This document shows positions 11,931-25,210 of a DNA stretch of 64,000 bases, piece after piece. This DNA comes from an uncultured Gammaproteobacteria bacterium. GTDB taxonomy: Bacteria > Pseudomonadota > Gammaproteobacteria > Steroidobacterales > Steroidobacteraceae. Made by a program: the position numbers and the translations under genes. Positions within the stretch are counted from its first letter, which is position 1; every line of letters begins with the position of its first letter. Under the pieces are notes generated by a model that did no database searches, was not told the origin of the DNA, and worked only from the letters and a program-made list of their open reading frames with translations. The stretch covers positions 36,188 through 100,187 of the forward strand of contig CAWBKN010000007.1 of the NCBI GenBank assembly GCA_963789375.1. The letters run 5' to 3'.

Positions 11931-13130
11931 TCAGCGATGCCGGTCGAGCAGGCGCATCGGCACCCAGGCCGCCAGCAGGCTGAGCACCAGCAGCGCCGTC
12001 GAGACATCCAGCACCCGGCCGTACTGGTCCTCGCCGATGACGAGCGCGGCGACCAGCGGGCCAGAGGCCATGCCCATTTTCGACGCGAACCCGCCCAGGG
12101 CCGCCATCTGGCCGGTCCGGTCGAATTCCGCGCTCATGCCGAGCAGGCACGGGATACCGAAAGCCCAGGTCATGCCGACGAGACAGTTGGCGACCAGGTA
12201 GACGGCCCCCGTGGCACTGAAGTGCAACGCCCAGGTACCGGCGGCGGTCAGCAGGATCGCCGTGACGAGCCGGAAGCTGCGCCCCCGTGCCGGTGACGAA
12301 AAAATGACCAGGGCCGCCCCCGCGAGCCCCAGCCAGGAGGCCGCGGCCAGCGTCGGGCTGATGAAGCTCATCGGATGCCCGGCATGCACGGCGAGGCCGA
12401 TCAGGTACGCCGACGCACCCATGTTGCCGGCCTGGAACAGGAACGTGGCGAGCAGGCTGAGCGCGAGCGGACCCTTGCGCACGCCCTCGCCGGCCTGGAT
12501 TGGCCGCGGCGGCACCGACGTCACCGGATAGCCGGTGAGGAAAGGCAGCATCGCCAGCGTCGCGAGGCTGAACAGGATCAGCGCGAGGAACAGCACGAAC
12601 GTGCCGTACACCGGCACGAGCGGCGGCAGCACCAGCATGCCCAGCCCACCGAGGCCGAACTGCACGAGCAGCAGGTAGCCGAAGGTGCGGTCGGTGTTCG
12701 AGGTGCGGGCAATGATCGAAAAGCCGACGCCGACCAGCATGCCGCCGAAGAGCCCGTGTCCGAAGCGCATCACGACCAGGGGCAGGAAGTGCTGCAGCAG
12801 CATCGACAGCAGGTCCATCGTGATCAGGCTCGCGAGCAGCAGGTAGGCGACTTTCTTCCAAGCGATGCGCTTGACGAAGAACACGGCGGCCAGCGCGCCG
12901 AGGGCAGCGCCGTAGATGTTGCTCGACGCCACCAGGCCGGCCTGGCGATTGGTGAAGCCCGCGCCCTGGATCAGTCCGTCCACCAGCGCCGGCATGATGT
13001 TGACGTAGTAGATGCCGGCACTGGCGAGGAACGCGAGCAGGACGCGCGCGATCTCGCCGTTGGGCGCGGCCTGCCGCAGCCCCAGCACGACGACGTGCCG
13101 CGGTGTTTCGTCCAGGGTGTTTGCGTTCAT
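11931..13130 (-). CDS. MFS transporter (substrate unknown)
   Basis: Intact. About 12 hydrophobic segments. Start taken at MNANTLDE.. inside ORF 11931..13247. No specific subfamily motif recognised. Confidence 0.75.
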   Translation of the reverse strand: MNANTLDETPRHVVVLGLRQAAPNGEIARVLLAFLASAGIYYVNIMPALVDGLIQGAGFTNRQAGLVASSNIYGAALGALAAVFFVKRIAWKKVAYLLLASLITMDLLSMLLQHFLPLVVMRFGHGLFGGMLVGVGFSIIARTSNTDRTFGYLLLVQFGLGGLGMLVLPPLVPVYGTFVLFLALILFSLATLAMLPFLTGYPVTSVPPRPIQAGEGVRKGPLALSLLATFLFQAGNMGASAYLIGLAVHAGHPMSFISPTLAAASWLGLAGAALVIFSSPARGRSFRLVTAILLTAAGTWALHFSATGAVYLVANCLVGMTWAFGIPCLLGMSAEFDRTGQMAALGGFASKMGMASGPLVAALVIGEDQYGRVLDVSTALLVLSLLAAWVPMRLLDRHR

Positions 13131-13155
13131 TACAGTTGTCTCGTTGTACGCAGGC

Positions 13156-14763
13156 TCAGCCGACATCGATGCCGGCTTGCTGCAGCAGGACGCGGACCGG
13201 TTCCAGCTGGCGCTCGACGCGCCGCCACTTGCCGACCGAGGTGTCATACACGGGCCGGCGGACCTGGGTCGCGCTGGCCGTGGTGGACGCCTGCGCGTTC
13301 TCGTGGAAGCGCAGGCAGGCGTCGTCCCAGGGCAAGCCGCAATGGGCCACCAGGCGCCGCGCCTGGCCTTCGAGGTCGGCCACGACGTCTTCGTAGCGCA
13401 CGTCGAGCACCACGCCCGGGATCACGGCGTGCCAGTGCTCCATCAGTCGGTGGTACGCGACGTAGTAACGGCCCAGTTCCCCGAGGTCGTACGAGAACGG
13501 ATAGGCATCCTTGAAGAGCTGCTTGTAGACCGCGAAGCAGGTGTCGAGCGGATGGCGCCGCAGGTGGATGATCCGCGCGTTCGGCAAGGCCAGGTGGATC
13601 AGCCCGGCGTAGAGGAAATTGAAAGGCAGCTTGTCGACGAAATACGGCCGGCCGTTGCGCAGCGGTTGCACGGCCTGCAGGTACGCCCGGCCCAGCGCAG
13701 CGAAATCGACCTGCGCCGTGGCGCGGCACGAAGTCGAGCCGAGTCCGCGGCGGCACGGCTCCCTGGCGCTGCGAGCCAGGCGATCAACTCCAGGCCGAAC
13801 GTGTTGAGTTCCCCGGCCGACTGCACGTCCGGGTGGCTGCTCAGGATGCGCTCGACGAGCGTGGTCCCGGTTCGCGGCATGCCGAGCACGAAGATCGGGC
13901 CGGTGTCTGGCACAGCCCGGCTGGCGGCCGTCGAACGGGACGCGGTCATAGACGTCGCGGCGATGGCTTCCGATGATCGCGAGGTCGGTCTCGACGCTGG
14001 TAGCGCATGTGGCGGCGCTTGGTGTCGGCGCCGGCTTCGAGGCTGCCGAACGAGCGCCTCGTAGTCGCCGAGGTCCTCGTATTCCTTGGCGAGCGCGTAG
14101 TGCAGCTGCACCAGCCCTGCCGGATCGGCGCGTGCGCGCGATGACCTGCTGCAACTGCGCCACGTGGTTGCGTTCCCGGCGTCTGCGTGCGCACCTGCGA
14201 GCGCGCGTTGTAGGCCTCGTACTCGTCGGGCTTCAGCGCCAGGGCCGCATCGAATCCCGCCTCGGCCGCCTCGACCTGGCCGAGGTAGCGGTGGAGTGCC
14301 GCCTGGTTGAAGCGATACTCGGCGACCGCGGGCTCCAGCTCGACCGCCCGCGTGTACTGCGCCAGCGACTCCGCGTGCCGGCCGAGGAGCAGCAGCAGCG
14401 AACCCAGCTCGCTGTGCAGGCGCGCGTCGCCGAGGCTTGCGGCCCTGAGCGTGCCGAGCAGCCGCGGCGGTCGCCCGGCAGGTCGCCCGGATTCGAAGAG
14501 GCAGCGCGCCTGGTGCAGGCGATACTCGCGCCAGGTCATCGAGCGCCACTGCCCGCTCGATCGCGCTGCAACGCATCGCGCAGGCGATGGACCCGGCGCA
14601 TCAGGAAACTGGCGAGGTACCAGCCGTACGCGTCAGCCGGGATGCTGCCGGTTCAGCTGCTGGCACCACGCCAATCCCTGCGCGACGTCGTTCGCGTCGA
14701 TGCAACGCGACGATCGCATCCGCCAGCTGCTCACGGGTCGATGATCGACCGGCTGCTCGTCAT
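13156..14763 (-). pseudogene. TPR-repeat sulfotransferase family protein, many frame breaks
   Basis: TPR part ..DAYGWYLASFLMRR.., MTWREYRLHQARCLFESG..AESLAQYTRAVELEPAVAEYRFNQAALHRYLGQVEAAEAGFDAALALKPDEYEAYNAR. Sulfotransferase part PIFVLGMPRTGTTLVERILSSHPDVQSAGEL and ..NARIIHLRRHPLDTCFAVYKQLF..YSYDLGELGRYYVAYHRLMEHW. Pieces lie in ORFs 13156.., 13599.., 13946.. and further frames up to an ATG at 14763. Confidence 0.7.
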
Positions 14764-14785
14764 CGCCCGCGAGTGCTAGCGCTCT

Positions 14786-17377
<2,592 letters not shown>

Positions 17378-17465
17378 GCCGACTCCCCCTTCATTCTGGC
17401 GGTGCGGGGCACCGTTTGATTCATCTTGAAAATAGTGGACCGACGGGCGCGCACATAGGTCCAGT

Positions 17466-18359
17466 TCAACACTGCGCATGGATCCAGCCGTTCAGGTCTC
17501 GTCCCGCGCGCGGCCAGGCACACTGCAGCGGTCCGAGGCTCGCCAGGGCCGCCGAACCGGCCGGGCCCGCGCGATACGGCGGGAACTCCACCGCGGTATC
17601 GCGGAAGCTCTTGAGCACCTGGCCGAGCCCGAGCAGGCCGCGCCGCCGGCTGCGCCGCACCGCCGCGAAGTCGATCTCCACGGGGATGATCTCGTGACCC
17701 GTGCCGGCCTGGTGGATCACGTTGCCGTCGGGGCCGACCACGATCGAGCGGCCGTAGCCCAGCGTGCCCGCGCATGTTGATGTCGAAGAAATAGCACTGG
17801 TTGACCGCCGCGCTGGTGCGCGCGATCGCCAGTTCGAGGTCGCGATCGATGGTATTGGTGAGGCGTCGGGTGCAGGATGACCTCGGCGCCCATGCCAGGC
17901 GAGCGTCCGCGTGGTCTCCGGGAACCACATGTCGTAGCAGATCGACACGCCGAAGCGGCCCACGCCCGGACATCGAAGACCACGAAATCCGCGCCGGGCG
18001 TCACCCCGGTCTCGTAGGGCAGGAACGGGAACATCTTGCGGTACCGCGCGATCACCTCGCCGTCCGGGTTGATCACCGGCGCGGTGTTGTAGACGCGGTC
18101 GCCGTCGCGCTCATAGAGGGAACCGGGAACCAGCCAGAGATCCAGTTCGCGCGCGATCTGGCAGAGGTCCTGCTCGACGGGGCCCGGCAGCGGCTGCGCA
18201 CGGTCCTTGTTCGTGCCGAACAGGCTCAGTTCAGGCGAGCAGCGCCATGTCGACCCAGGGAAAGCGTTGCTTGAGCCGCACCAGCTCGGCGCGGATCAAT
18301 GGCAGGTTGTCCCGGGCCGCGAGTTCGAGTTGCAGTCCAGCGATCGAAAAATGGCTCAT
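17466..18359 (-). pseudogene. Carbon-nitrogen hydrolase (nitrilase superfamily) protein, several frame breaks
   Basis: MSHFSIAGLQLELAARDNLPLIRAELVRLKQRFPWVDMAL.. then ..INPDGEVIARYRKMFPFLPYETGVTPG.. and catalytic Cys context GVSICYDMWFPETTRTLAW. Spread over ORFs 17717.., 17466.., 17374... Confidence 0.75.
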
Positions 18360-18399
18360 CGCATGTCCCGCCGTCGGGCGACGACCGCCCGGACGCAGG

Positions 18400-20278
18400 C
18401 TAGGAGAGCTTAGGGCCCTGGCGTAGTGCCAGATGCAACGTACCGATGGTGCCAGTCAGGTGAGACGGGCGCGGCAGGAACGTGAGCGTGTCTTCGATAT
18501 AGCCCGATTCGAGGTAGAACTTGATCCGCTCCCCGTCCAGCACCACCGCGTAGGAGGCAGGCTCCGCCGTACGACCAGCGCTGCCACTGGCGGACGTAGC
18601 GATCGCCCTCGATCCACCAGCGCCCGCTGTCGAGGTCTTCGCCCGCGTGACCGGCGCAGCCGCTCATCGTGCCGAACGCGTTCCAGCGGATCTCGAGCGG
18701 CTCGCCGTAAACGCGCCGGGTCTGCATCGACGCGCCAGGCAGCAGGGACCGCAGGTCGTCGGCCAGCAGTCGCCTGCCCTGGCAGTGGTCCAGGTGCTCG
18801 GTCGCACCCTCGGTGAAACCACGGACGACCGCGGCGAGTGTCGCCACGCCAGCGCGGATCCGTTCCTCCTTGATGCCCGACACGCCCATCCGGAAACAGT
18901 TCAGCGGCTGCCCCGCCAGCCCGTAGAAATGCTCGACCGGCTCGACCAGCACGCCGCGCGCGCGCGGCCTCGGCCACGAGCCGGGACACGTCGAGGCCCT
19001 GGGCGCCCTGCACCCAGATCAACGTCCCGCCATGGCTGGGAGCCAGCAGCCACCCACGGCGGCAGGTAGAAGTTGAGCGCCACGCGCAGCGCCTCCCAGC
19101 GGCGTCCGAAGGTCTCGTGCAACTTCGACGTCAACGCGTCGTAATGACCCAGGCGGATGAAGTGCGCCATCGCACGCTGGTTGTTGCGCGGCGGCTGGCC
19201 GACCATCAACCGGCGCAGCTTGCGCGCTTCGGCGATGAGCTCCGGAGCAGCGACCATGAACCCGAGGCGCAGCCCCGGCGCCAGGACCTTGGACAGGCAC
19301 GACAGGTAGATGACGCGGTTGTCGCGGTCCATGCCGCGCAACGCGGGGTGCGGATAGCCCTTGTAGTTGCTTTCGCAATCGAAGTCGTCCTCGATGACGA
19401 GCATGTCGCGCTCCGCCGCCTTCTCGAGCAGCGCGCAACGCCGGTCGAGGGACATGGTCACGCCCGTCGCGGCCTGGTGACTGGGGGTCACGTAGACCAG
19501 CCGGCACCCGTCCAGGGCCCGGTCCACGACCATGCCTTCCCCGTCGATCGGCTGGTGCACGACCGGCGCGCCGCGTCGGCCCATCAGCTGGCGCAGCACC
19601 GGATAGCCCGGCTCCTCGATCGCCACCGCACTGTTCGAGTCCACGAGCATTTCCGCGAGCAGGTAGCGCGCCTGCTGCGCACCGACCGTGATCAGGATCT
19701 CCTCGGCTCGCGCATGGATGCCGCGTCGCGGCAGGATCTTCGTCCTGCAGTTCCTCGATCAGCAGCGGGTCGTCGAGGCCCCCGCCCGCGGCGGACCAGG
19801 CCGCGATATCGCCGCTGCCGTGGGCGTAGCGAACCGCTTCGCGCCATTCGTGGACCGGGAACAGCGAGGTATCGAACTGGCCGTCGAGGAAGCAGTACGG
19901 GTAGTCGCGCGCGTCGGCGGGTGCGAATTGCGCGGTGTCGGGATGGGCCCGTGCCTTGAGCCACTGCTGCCAGCGCCCGGTGATCGCCCCGCGGCCCGCG
20001 GGCGTATCGGCGGCGGCCGGAGCTCGAGCGACGCGCTTGGCGACGTACAGGCCGCTGCGTGCCCGGCCGGTGAGCAGGCCCTCGGCGACCAGTTGCTGGC
20101 ACGCGAGCACGACCGTATTGCGCGCCACCCCGAGTTGTTCGGCCAGCTTCCGCGACGAGGGCAGCCGCGTCCCCGGCTTGAGGATCTCCAGGTGAATGGC
20201 CTCGACCAGCTTCTGCCGGATCTGCGCCTGCAGGTTCAGCGTACTGTCGGGGTCCAGGTAAAGCAGCGCCTCGAGCAT
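18400..20278 (-). pseudogene. MocR/GabR-type regulator (GntR wHTH + PLP aminotransferase-like domain) with an extra ~130-aa C-terminal region; several frame breaks
   Basis: wHTH LPSSRKLAEQLGVARNTVVLACQQLVAEGLL (ORF 19019..20278). Aminotransferase fold ..EEPGYPVLRQLM..VYVTPSHQAATGVTMSLDRR..VIYLSCLSKVLAPGLRLGFMVAP (ORF 18901..19650). Tail ..GRWWIEGDRYVRQWQRWSYG + EPASYAVVLDGERIKFYLESGY.. ends at TAG 18400. Confidence 0.72.
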
Positions 20279-20364
20279 GCACGGTTTATAGCAGCACGGT
20301 TCCCCGAAATCCCGGGTTCACCAATGAACCCAGCAGCCGGCTGCCGATCGAATAGGCTGTCGCC

Positions 20365-21540
20365 ATGGATTCACTGACCCACATCGCCCTCGGCGCCGCC
20401 GTCGGCACGGCCGTCCTCGGCCGCAAGGCCGGCCCCAGGGCGGCGGTGTGGGGTGCGGCGTGCGCCACGCTGCCGGACCTCGACGTCCTGATCGCGCACG
20501 GCGACCCGGTCCGCGACTTCACCTTCCATCGAGCCGGGAGCCACTCGCTCTTCTGGCTGACGCTCGCCTCGCCCGTGATCGCGCTGGGGGTCGCCCGCCT
20601 CTCCCGCGCGGCCGGCGCGACGTTCCGGCAATGGTGGCTGCTCGTCTGGCTGGCCCTGCTCACCCATCCGCTGCTCGACGCCTTCACGGTCTATGGGACG
20701 CAACTGCTGCTGCCCTTCAGCGATTACCCGGTGGGACTGGGCAGCATCTTCATCATCGACCCGCTGTACACGGCGCCGTTGCTGGTCGGGGTGTCGGTGG
20801 CGTTGTGGGGCCACTTCAGGCGACGGTCCCTCACCCGCCTGTCGGCGACCTCTCCCGCAGGCGGGAGAGGTGAAGACGCCCTGTCGCGCTGGAACACCGC
20901 CGGGCTGGTCCTGAGTTCGCTGTACCTGGCCTGGACGGTGGCCGCGCAGTCTTACGTCGCGACCGTGGTGCAGCGCTCGCTGGCGCGCACGCCATTGGCC
21001 GAGGGCAAGCTGCTGGTCACGCCGACGCCCTTCAACACCCTGCTGTGGCGCGTGGTGGTGATGGAGCCGCGGGGCTACCACGAAGGCCTGCGCTCGATCT
21101 TCGACGGGCCGGCGGGGACCGCACTGACGCGCCATCCGAGTTCACCCGAGCTGCTGGCCGGCCTGGAACGCGAATGGTCCGTGCAGCGACTCGCCTGGTT
21201 CACGAAAGGGTTCTACGCGGTGACCGCGGCGGATCGAGACGTCCCGGTGGCGCGCCGCTCCAGCAGCTCGATGCGACAGCTGTTCGGCGCCGTGGAGACG
21301 GCGTCGGCCGCGTCCCTGTCGACGAGGCCGCAAGGCGCACCGATCGTCATGACCGACCTGCGCATGGGCCAGACGCCCTGGTTCGTGTTCTCGTTCATCG
21401 TCGGCGAACGCGACGGCGACGCGGCGTGGCCGGTGCCCAGCCACCAGCTGCCGATGCAGCGACCGCCGGTGGCCACCTTGCCATTCCTGTGGCAGCGGAC
21501 CTGGGATACAAAAGCAACCCTGCAAGGGAGACAACCATGA
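20365..21540 (+). CDS. Membrane-bound metal-dependent hydrolase (YdjM/DUF457-like)
   Basis: Intact 391 aa. N-terminus MDSLTHIALGAAVGTAVLG...LPDLDVL..HRAGSHSLFW, typical of the family. Divergent from the MocR gene. Confidence 0.78.
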   Translation: MDSLTHIALGAAVGTAVLGRKAGPRAAVWGAACATLPDLDVLIAHGDPVRDFTFHRAGSHSLFWLTLASPVIALGVARLSRAAGATFRQWWLLVWLALLTHPLLDAFTVYGTQLLLPFSDYPVGLGSIFIIDPLYTAPLLVGVSVALWGHFRRRSLTRLSATSPAGGRGEDALSRWNTAGLVLSSLYLAWTVAAQSYVATVVQRSLARTPLAEGKLLVTPTPFNTLLWRVVVMEPRGYHEGLRSIFDGPAGTALTRHPSSPELLAGLEREWSVQRLAWFTKGFYAVTAADRDVPVARRSSSSMRQLFGAVETASAASLSTRPQGAPIVMTDLRMGQTPWFVFSFIVGERDGDAAWPVPSHQLPMQRPPVATLPFLWQRTWDTKATLQGRQP

Positions 21541-21923
21541 CGACGGAACTGACGCTGCTCGCGTGGTCGGTGGCGCTGCTGATCGTGCAGATGCTCATCG
21601 CCATCGTGGGCGCGATGACGCAGTTTTCACTGGCGACGCTGGTCGGCAACCGCGAGGTCCCGGTCGAAGGCCAGGCCTGGGTCGGGCGCGCCCAGCGCGC
21701 CTATCGCAACATGCTCGAGGGCCTGCTGCCCTTTGCCGCCGTGGTCCTCGCAGCGGCGGCCGCGGGCATCAGCAACCCGGCCACCGTGCTCGGCGCCCAG
21801 CTGTTCTTCTACGCGCGGCTGGCCTACGCGGTGGTCTACGTCGCCGGCATCCCGTGGCTCAGGACCGTCGTCTGGACGGTGGGCCTGGTCGGCATCCTGC
21901 AGATCCTGGTCCAGCTGCTGTAG
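21537..21923 (+). CDS. MAPEG family membrane protein
   Basis: 128 aa, ATGA overlap with the upstream gene. RAQRAYRNMLEGLLPFAAVVL matches the MAPEG R..RA..N..E..P.F motif. Four hydrophobic helices. Confidence 0.78.
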   Translation: MTTELTLLAWSVALLIVQMLIAIVGAMTQFSLATLVGNREVPVEGQAWVGRAQRAYRNMLEGLLPFAAVVLAAAAAGISNPATVLGAQLFFYARLAYAVVYVAGIPWLRTVVWTVGLVGILQILVQLL

Positions 21924-21926
21924 CCA

Positions 21927-21956
21927 CCCGCAACGGCCCCCAGGCGTCGTTGCGGG
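21927..21956 (+). terminator. Hairpin CCCGCAACG-N12-CGTTGCGGG after the MAPEG gene
   Basis: 9-bp stem read directly, 4 nt after the stop. No U-tract. Followed by a degenerate CGGTAG-CGGTTAG mini-array. Confidence 0.35.
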
Positions 21957-22108
21957 CTGCGGCGGTAGCGGTTAGCCCGAATGGCTGGCGGCGGGCTGCG
22001 GTTCGAAAATCGAGGTGCCAACCGACGGGTCGCCCGCCACGGTCAAGCACGCAGGTCGTCGTGGTATGCCGGCACGCAGCCCGCCCCGGTTTGGCGAGGA
22101 GACCCGAG

Positions 22109-23431
22109 ATGCACACCGCCATCGATTCCCAGCGCCCTTCCCGCTCCGGCCCACGGCGCCTGGGGCGTCTGCTGACGGTCGCACTCCTCGGCGGGCTCGC
22201 GCTCGGCCTGGCCGGCTGCATCGAGATCGAGCAATCGCCCGCCTATGCGCGCGTACTCAACGCCAGTGCCGACTACGAGTCGCTCGACCTCTACTTCGAC
22301 GATCGCCTGCTGATCGAGAGCGTCGGCTACGAGACCGCGAGCGCTTACGTCGAAGTCGATGCCGATGCCTACACGCTGGAGTTCACGCGCGCCGACGTGA
22401 CCAGCACGCTGCTGTCCGTGCGTGAAGATCTCGACGACCAATCGCACACGACACTGGTCGCCTTCGGGCCGACCGGCGGGTTCGACACGCTGCGGATCGA
22501 CGAAGACGTCGCGCAGCCCGATGCGGGTGGCGCCAAGGTCCAGGTCGTCAATGCGGCGACGGACGCGGGCAGCCTCGACGTCTATTTCACGGCTCCGGGC
22601 GTCGGCCTGGGCGACGTCGCGCCGACCTTCAGCGCGCTCGAGCCGGGTTCGGCCGCGGACCTTCCCGTCACCGTCGACGACGGTACCTACCAGCTGCGCA
22701 TCACCGCGGCCGGCAGCAAGACCGACCTGCGCTACGACCACGATTCCGTGACGCTGGCGAGCCGCTCCGTCACGAACTTCGTCATTACCGGCACCGGCGG
22801 CGGCTTCCTCGTGAACGTGGCCGCACTGCCGCAGCGCGGCGCGTTGAGCGTCATGCGCAACGACATGGCGCGGATGCGGGTTGCGGCGGGCATCACGGAT
22901 GCCGCGACCGTGACCGTGCGGACCGGTGGCGACACCGTCGCCGCGGCCGTGCCCTACACGACCTTGACCGGTTACCAGCTCGTCACCGCCGGCAATACGC
23001 CGCTCGAGATCCTGGTCAACGGCACGCCGGTGCTGACGACGAATGCCACGCTGGACCCGGGCGCGGATTTCACCCTGCTGCTCTACGGCACGGTTGCGAG
23101 CCCGGGCGGCGCGATGCTCGAGGACGCCAATCGACTGCCGACCGGCCAGCTGGCCCAGCTGCGGCTGGTCAACGGCATGTCCGGCCTCGGGGCGCCCATC
23201 AACGCCATCGTCGACTATTCGCCGGTCATCGAGAACGTGCCCCTCGGGGCCGCGTCGCCGCTGGTCGAGATCTCGACCGCGGTGGACGCCCGCATCGACG
23301 TGACGCAGGCGAGCAATGGCTCGACGCTGTATTCGCAGACCGGCGTCGACTTCGACGCCGAATCGATTTTCACGCTGGTCATGTTCGGCGGCCCCGGCTC
23401 GACCACGGGCGTGCTGCGCAAGGACCGCTAA
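22109..23431 (+). CDS. DUF4397 repeat lipoprotein
   Basis: Lipobox LGLAGC. Four internal repeats of the type RVLNASADYESLDLYFDD / KVQVVNAATDAGSLDVYF / RMRVAAGITDAATVTV / LRLVNGMSGLGAPINAIVDY. GAGGAG RBS 7 nt upstream of ATG 22109. ORF 21563.. is an upstream over-extension. Confidence 0.78.
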   Translation: MHTAIDSQRPSRSGPRRLGRLLTVALLGGLALGLAGCIEIEQSPAYARVLNASADYESLDLYFDDRLLIESVGYETASAYVEVDADAYTLEFTRADVTSTLLSVREDLDDQSHTTLVAFGPTGGFDTLRIDEDVAQPDAGGAKVQVVNAATDAGSLDVYFTAPGVGLGDVAPTFSALEPGSAADLPVTVDDGTYQLRITAAGSKTDLRYDHDSVTLASRSVTNFVITGTGGGFLVNVAALPQRGALSVMRNDMARMRVAAGITDAATVTVRTGGDTVAAAVPYTTLTGYQLVTAGNTPLEILVNGTPVLTTNATLDPGADFTLLLYGTVASPGGAMLEDANRLPTGQLAQLRLVNGMSGLGAPINAIVDYSPVIENVPLGAASPLVEISTAVDARIDVTQASNGSTLYSQTGVDFDAESIFTLVMFGGPGSTTGVLRKDR

Positions 23432-23433
23432 CG

Positions 23434-23510
23434 GGAAATTGGGGACACTCTCCTGTTTCCAAGTCTCTGATCCTGCAGGGCCTGGGAAATAGGAGAGTGT
23501 CCCCATTTCC
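23434..23510 (+). repeat. Inverted repeat of 20-21 bp arms (GGAAAT(T)GGGGACACTCTCCT) with a 36-nt loop; possible terminator, different family from the heptamer arrays
   Basis: Arms 23434..23454 and 23491..23510 are complementary apart from one extra T. Followed by GCATTTTCC. Arms are visibly lower in GC than their surroundings. Confidence 0.7.
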
Positions 23511-23603
23511 GCATTTTCCGGCGGTGGGGGTTGAAATCGGTTAGACTATGCGGTTCCGGCGCTCGCCCGGACCCCCTCCCGCCTCTCCTCCCCCCGGGCA
23601 TCA

Positions 23604-25208
23604 ATGCTCTCCACGACCAATCTTTCGATCCAGTTCGAAGCCAAGCCCCTGTTCGAGCATGTCTCGGTCAAGTTCTCGGACGGCAACCGCTATGGCCTGA
23701 TCGGCGCCAACGGCAGCGGCAAGTCGACCCTGATGAAGATGCTGGGCGGCGAACTCGAGCCCAGCGCCGGCGACATCGTGCTGCAGGCCGGGATGCGACT
23801 CGGCAAGCTGAACCAGAACCAGTTCGGCTACGAGGACGAGCGCGTGCTCGACGTGGTCATGCAGGGGCACGTGGAACTGTGGCAGGCCATCCACGAGCGC
23901 GACCGGATCTACGCGAACCCGGACGCGACCGACGACGACTACATGCGGGCGGCCGAGCTCGAGAGCAAGGTCGCGGAGTACGACGGCTACACGGCCGAGG
24001 CGCGGGCCGGCGCGATCCTGATCGACGCAGGCATCGACGAGTCGAAGCACAACCTGCTGATGCGCGAGATCCCGCCGGGGCTCAAGCTGCGCGTGCTGCT
24101 GGCACAGGCGCTGTTCTCCCGCCCGGACGTGCTGCTGCTCGACGAACCGACCAACAACCTCGACATCCACTCGATCGGCTGGCTCGAGCGCGTGCTCAAC
24201 GAATACGACGCGACGATGATCATCATCAGCCACGACCGGCACTTCCTCAACCAGGTGTGCACGCACATCGCGGACCTCGATTACCAGCAGCTCAAGATCT
24301 ACCCGGGCAACTACGACGACTTCATGCTCGCGTCGGTGCAGGCGCGCCAGCGCGTCGAGTCCGCCAACGCCAAGGCCAAGGCGCAGATCTCGGACCTGCA
24401 GGAATTCGTGCGGCGCTTCTCCGCCAACGCCTCGAAGGCCCGGCAGGCCACCTCGCGCAAGCGGCAGATCGAGAAGATCAAGATCGAGGAAATCCGCCCG
24501 TCCTCGCGCCAGAACCCCTACATCCGCTTCGAGCAGGCGAAGAAGCTGTATCGCTCGGCCGTCACGGTCGAGGGGCTCACGTTCCGCTATCCCGGCGCCG
24601 ACGCCGACGTGTTCACGAACCTCAATTTCACGATCGAGGCCGAGCAGCGCGTCGCGATCATCGGCCCGAACGGCATCGGCAAGACCACGCTGATGCGCCT
24701 GCTCGCCGGCGACCTGGCACCCACCTCGGGCCGCATCACCTGGGTCGAGAATGCCCAGGTCGGCTACATGCCGCAGGACCCGCAGGCGGAATTCCAGGAG
24801 AAGACCGACCTCTTCACCTGGATGTCGACGTGGAGCGGCAAGGCCGATGACGAGCAGATCGTGCGCGCGACGCTCGGCCGCCTGCTGTTCTCCGGCGACG
24901 AGACCAAGAAGTCCGTGAAGGTGCTCTCCGGCGGCGAGAAGGGCCGCATGATGTACGGCAAGCTGATCCTGACGCGGCCGAACGTGATGCTCATGGACGA
25001 GCCCACCAACCACATGGACATGGAAACCATCGAGTCGCTGCAGATCGGGCTCGAGAAGTACCCGGGCACGCTGGTCTTCGTCTCGCACGACCGTGAGTTC
25101 GTCGGCGGCCTGGCCACACGGATGATCGAGCTGAAGCCGGACGGCAGCTTCGTCGACTTCACCGGCACCTACGACGAATACCTCGACAGCCAGCACGCGG
25201 AATACTGA
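23604..25208 (+). CDS. ybiT: ABC-F family ATPase YbiT
   Basis: Intact 534 aa, collinear with E. coli YbiT ([42 protein letters not shown]...). Two ABC cassettes, no TM domain. Confidence 0.93.
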   Translation: MLSTTNLSIQFEAKPLFEHVSVKFSDGNRYGLIGANGSGKSTLMKMLGGELEPSAGDIVLQAGMRLGKLNQNQFGYEDERVLDVVMQGHVELWQAIHERDRIYANPDATDDDYMRAAELESKVAEYDGYTAEARAGAILIDAGIDESKHNLLMREIPPGLKLRVLLAQALFSRPDVLLLDEPTNNLDIHSIGWLERVLNEYDATMIIISHDRHFLNQVCTHIADLDYQQLKIYPGNYDDFMLASVQARQRVESANAKAKAQISDLQEFVRRFSANASKARQATSRKRQIEKIKIEEIRPSSRQNPYIRFEQAKKLYRSAVTVEGLTFRYPGADADVFTNLNFTIEAEQRVAIIGPNGIGKTTLMRLLAGDLAPTSGRITWVENAQVGYMPQDPQAEFQEKTDLFTWMSTWSGKADDEQIVRATLGRLLFSGDETKKSVKVLSGGEKGRMMYGKLILTRPNVMLMDEPTNHMDMETIESLQIGLEKYPGTLVFVSHDREFVGGLATRMIELKPDGSFVDFTGTYDEYLDSQHAEY

Positions 25209-25210
25209 CC

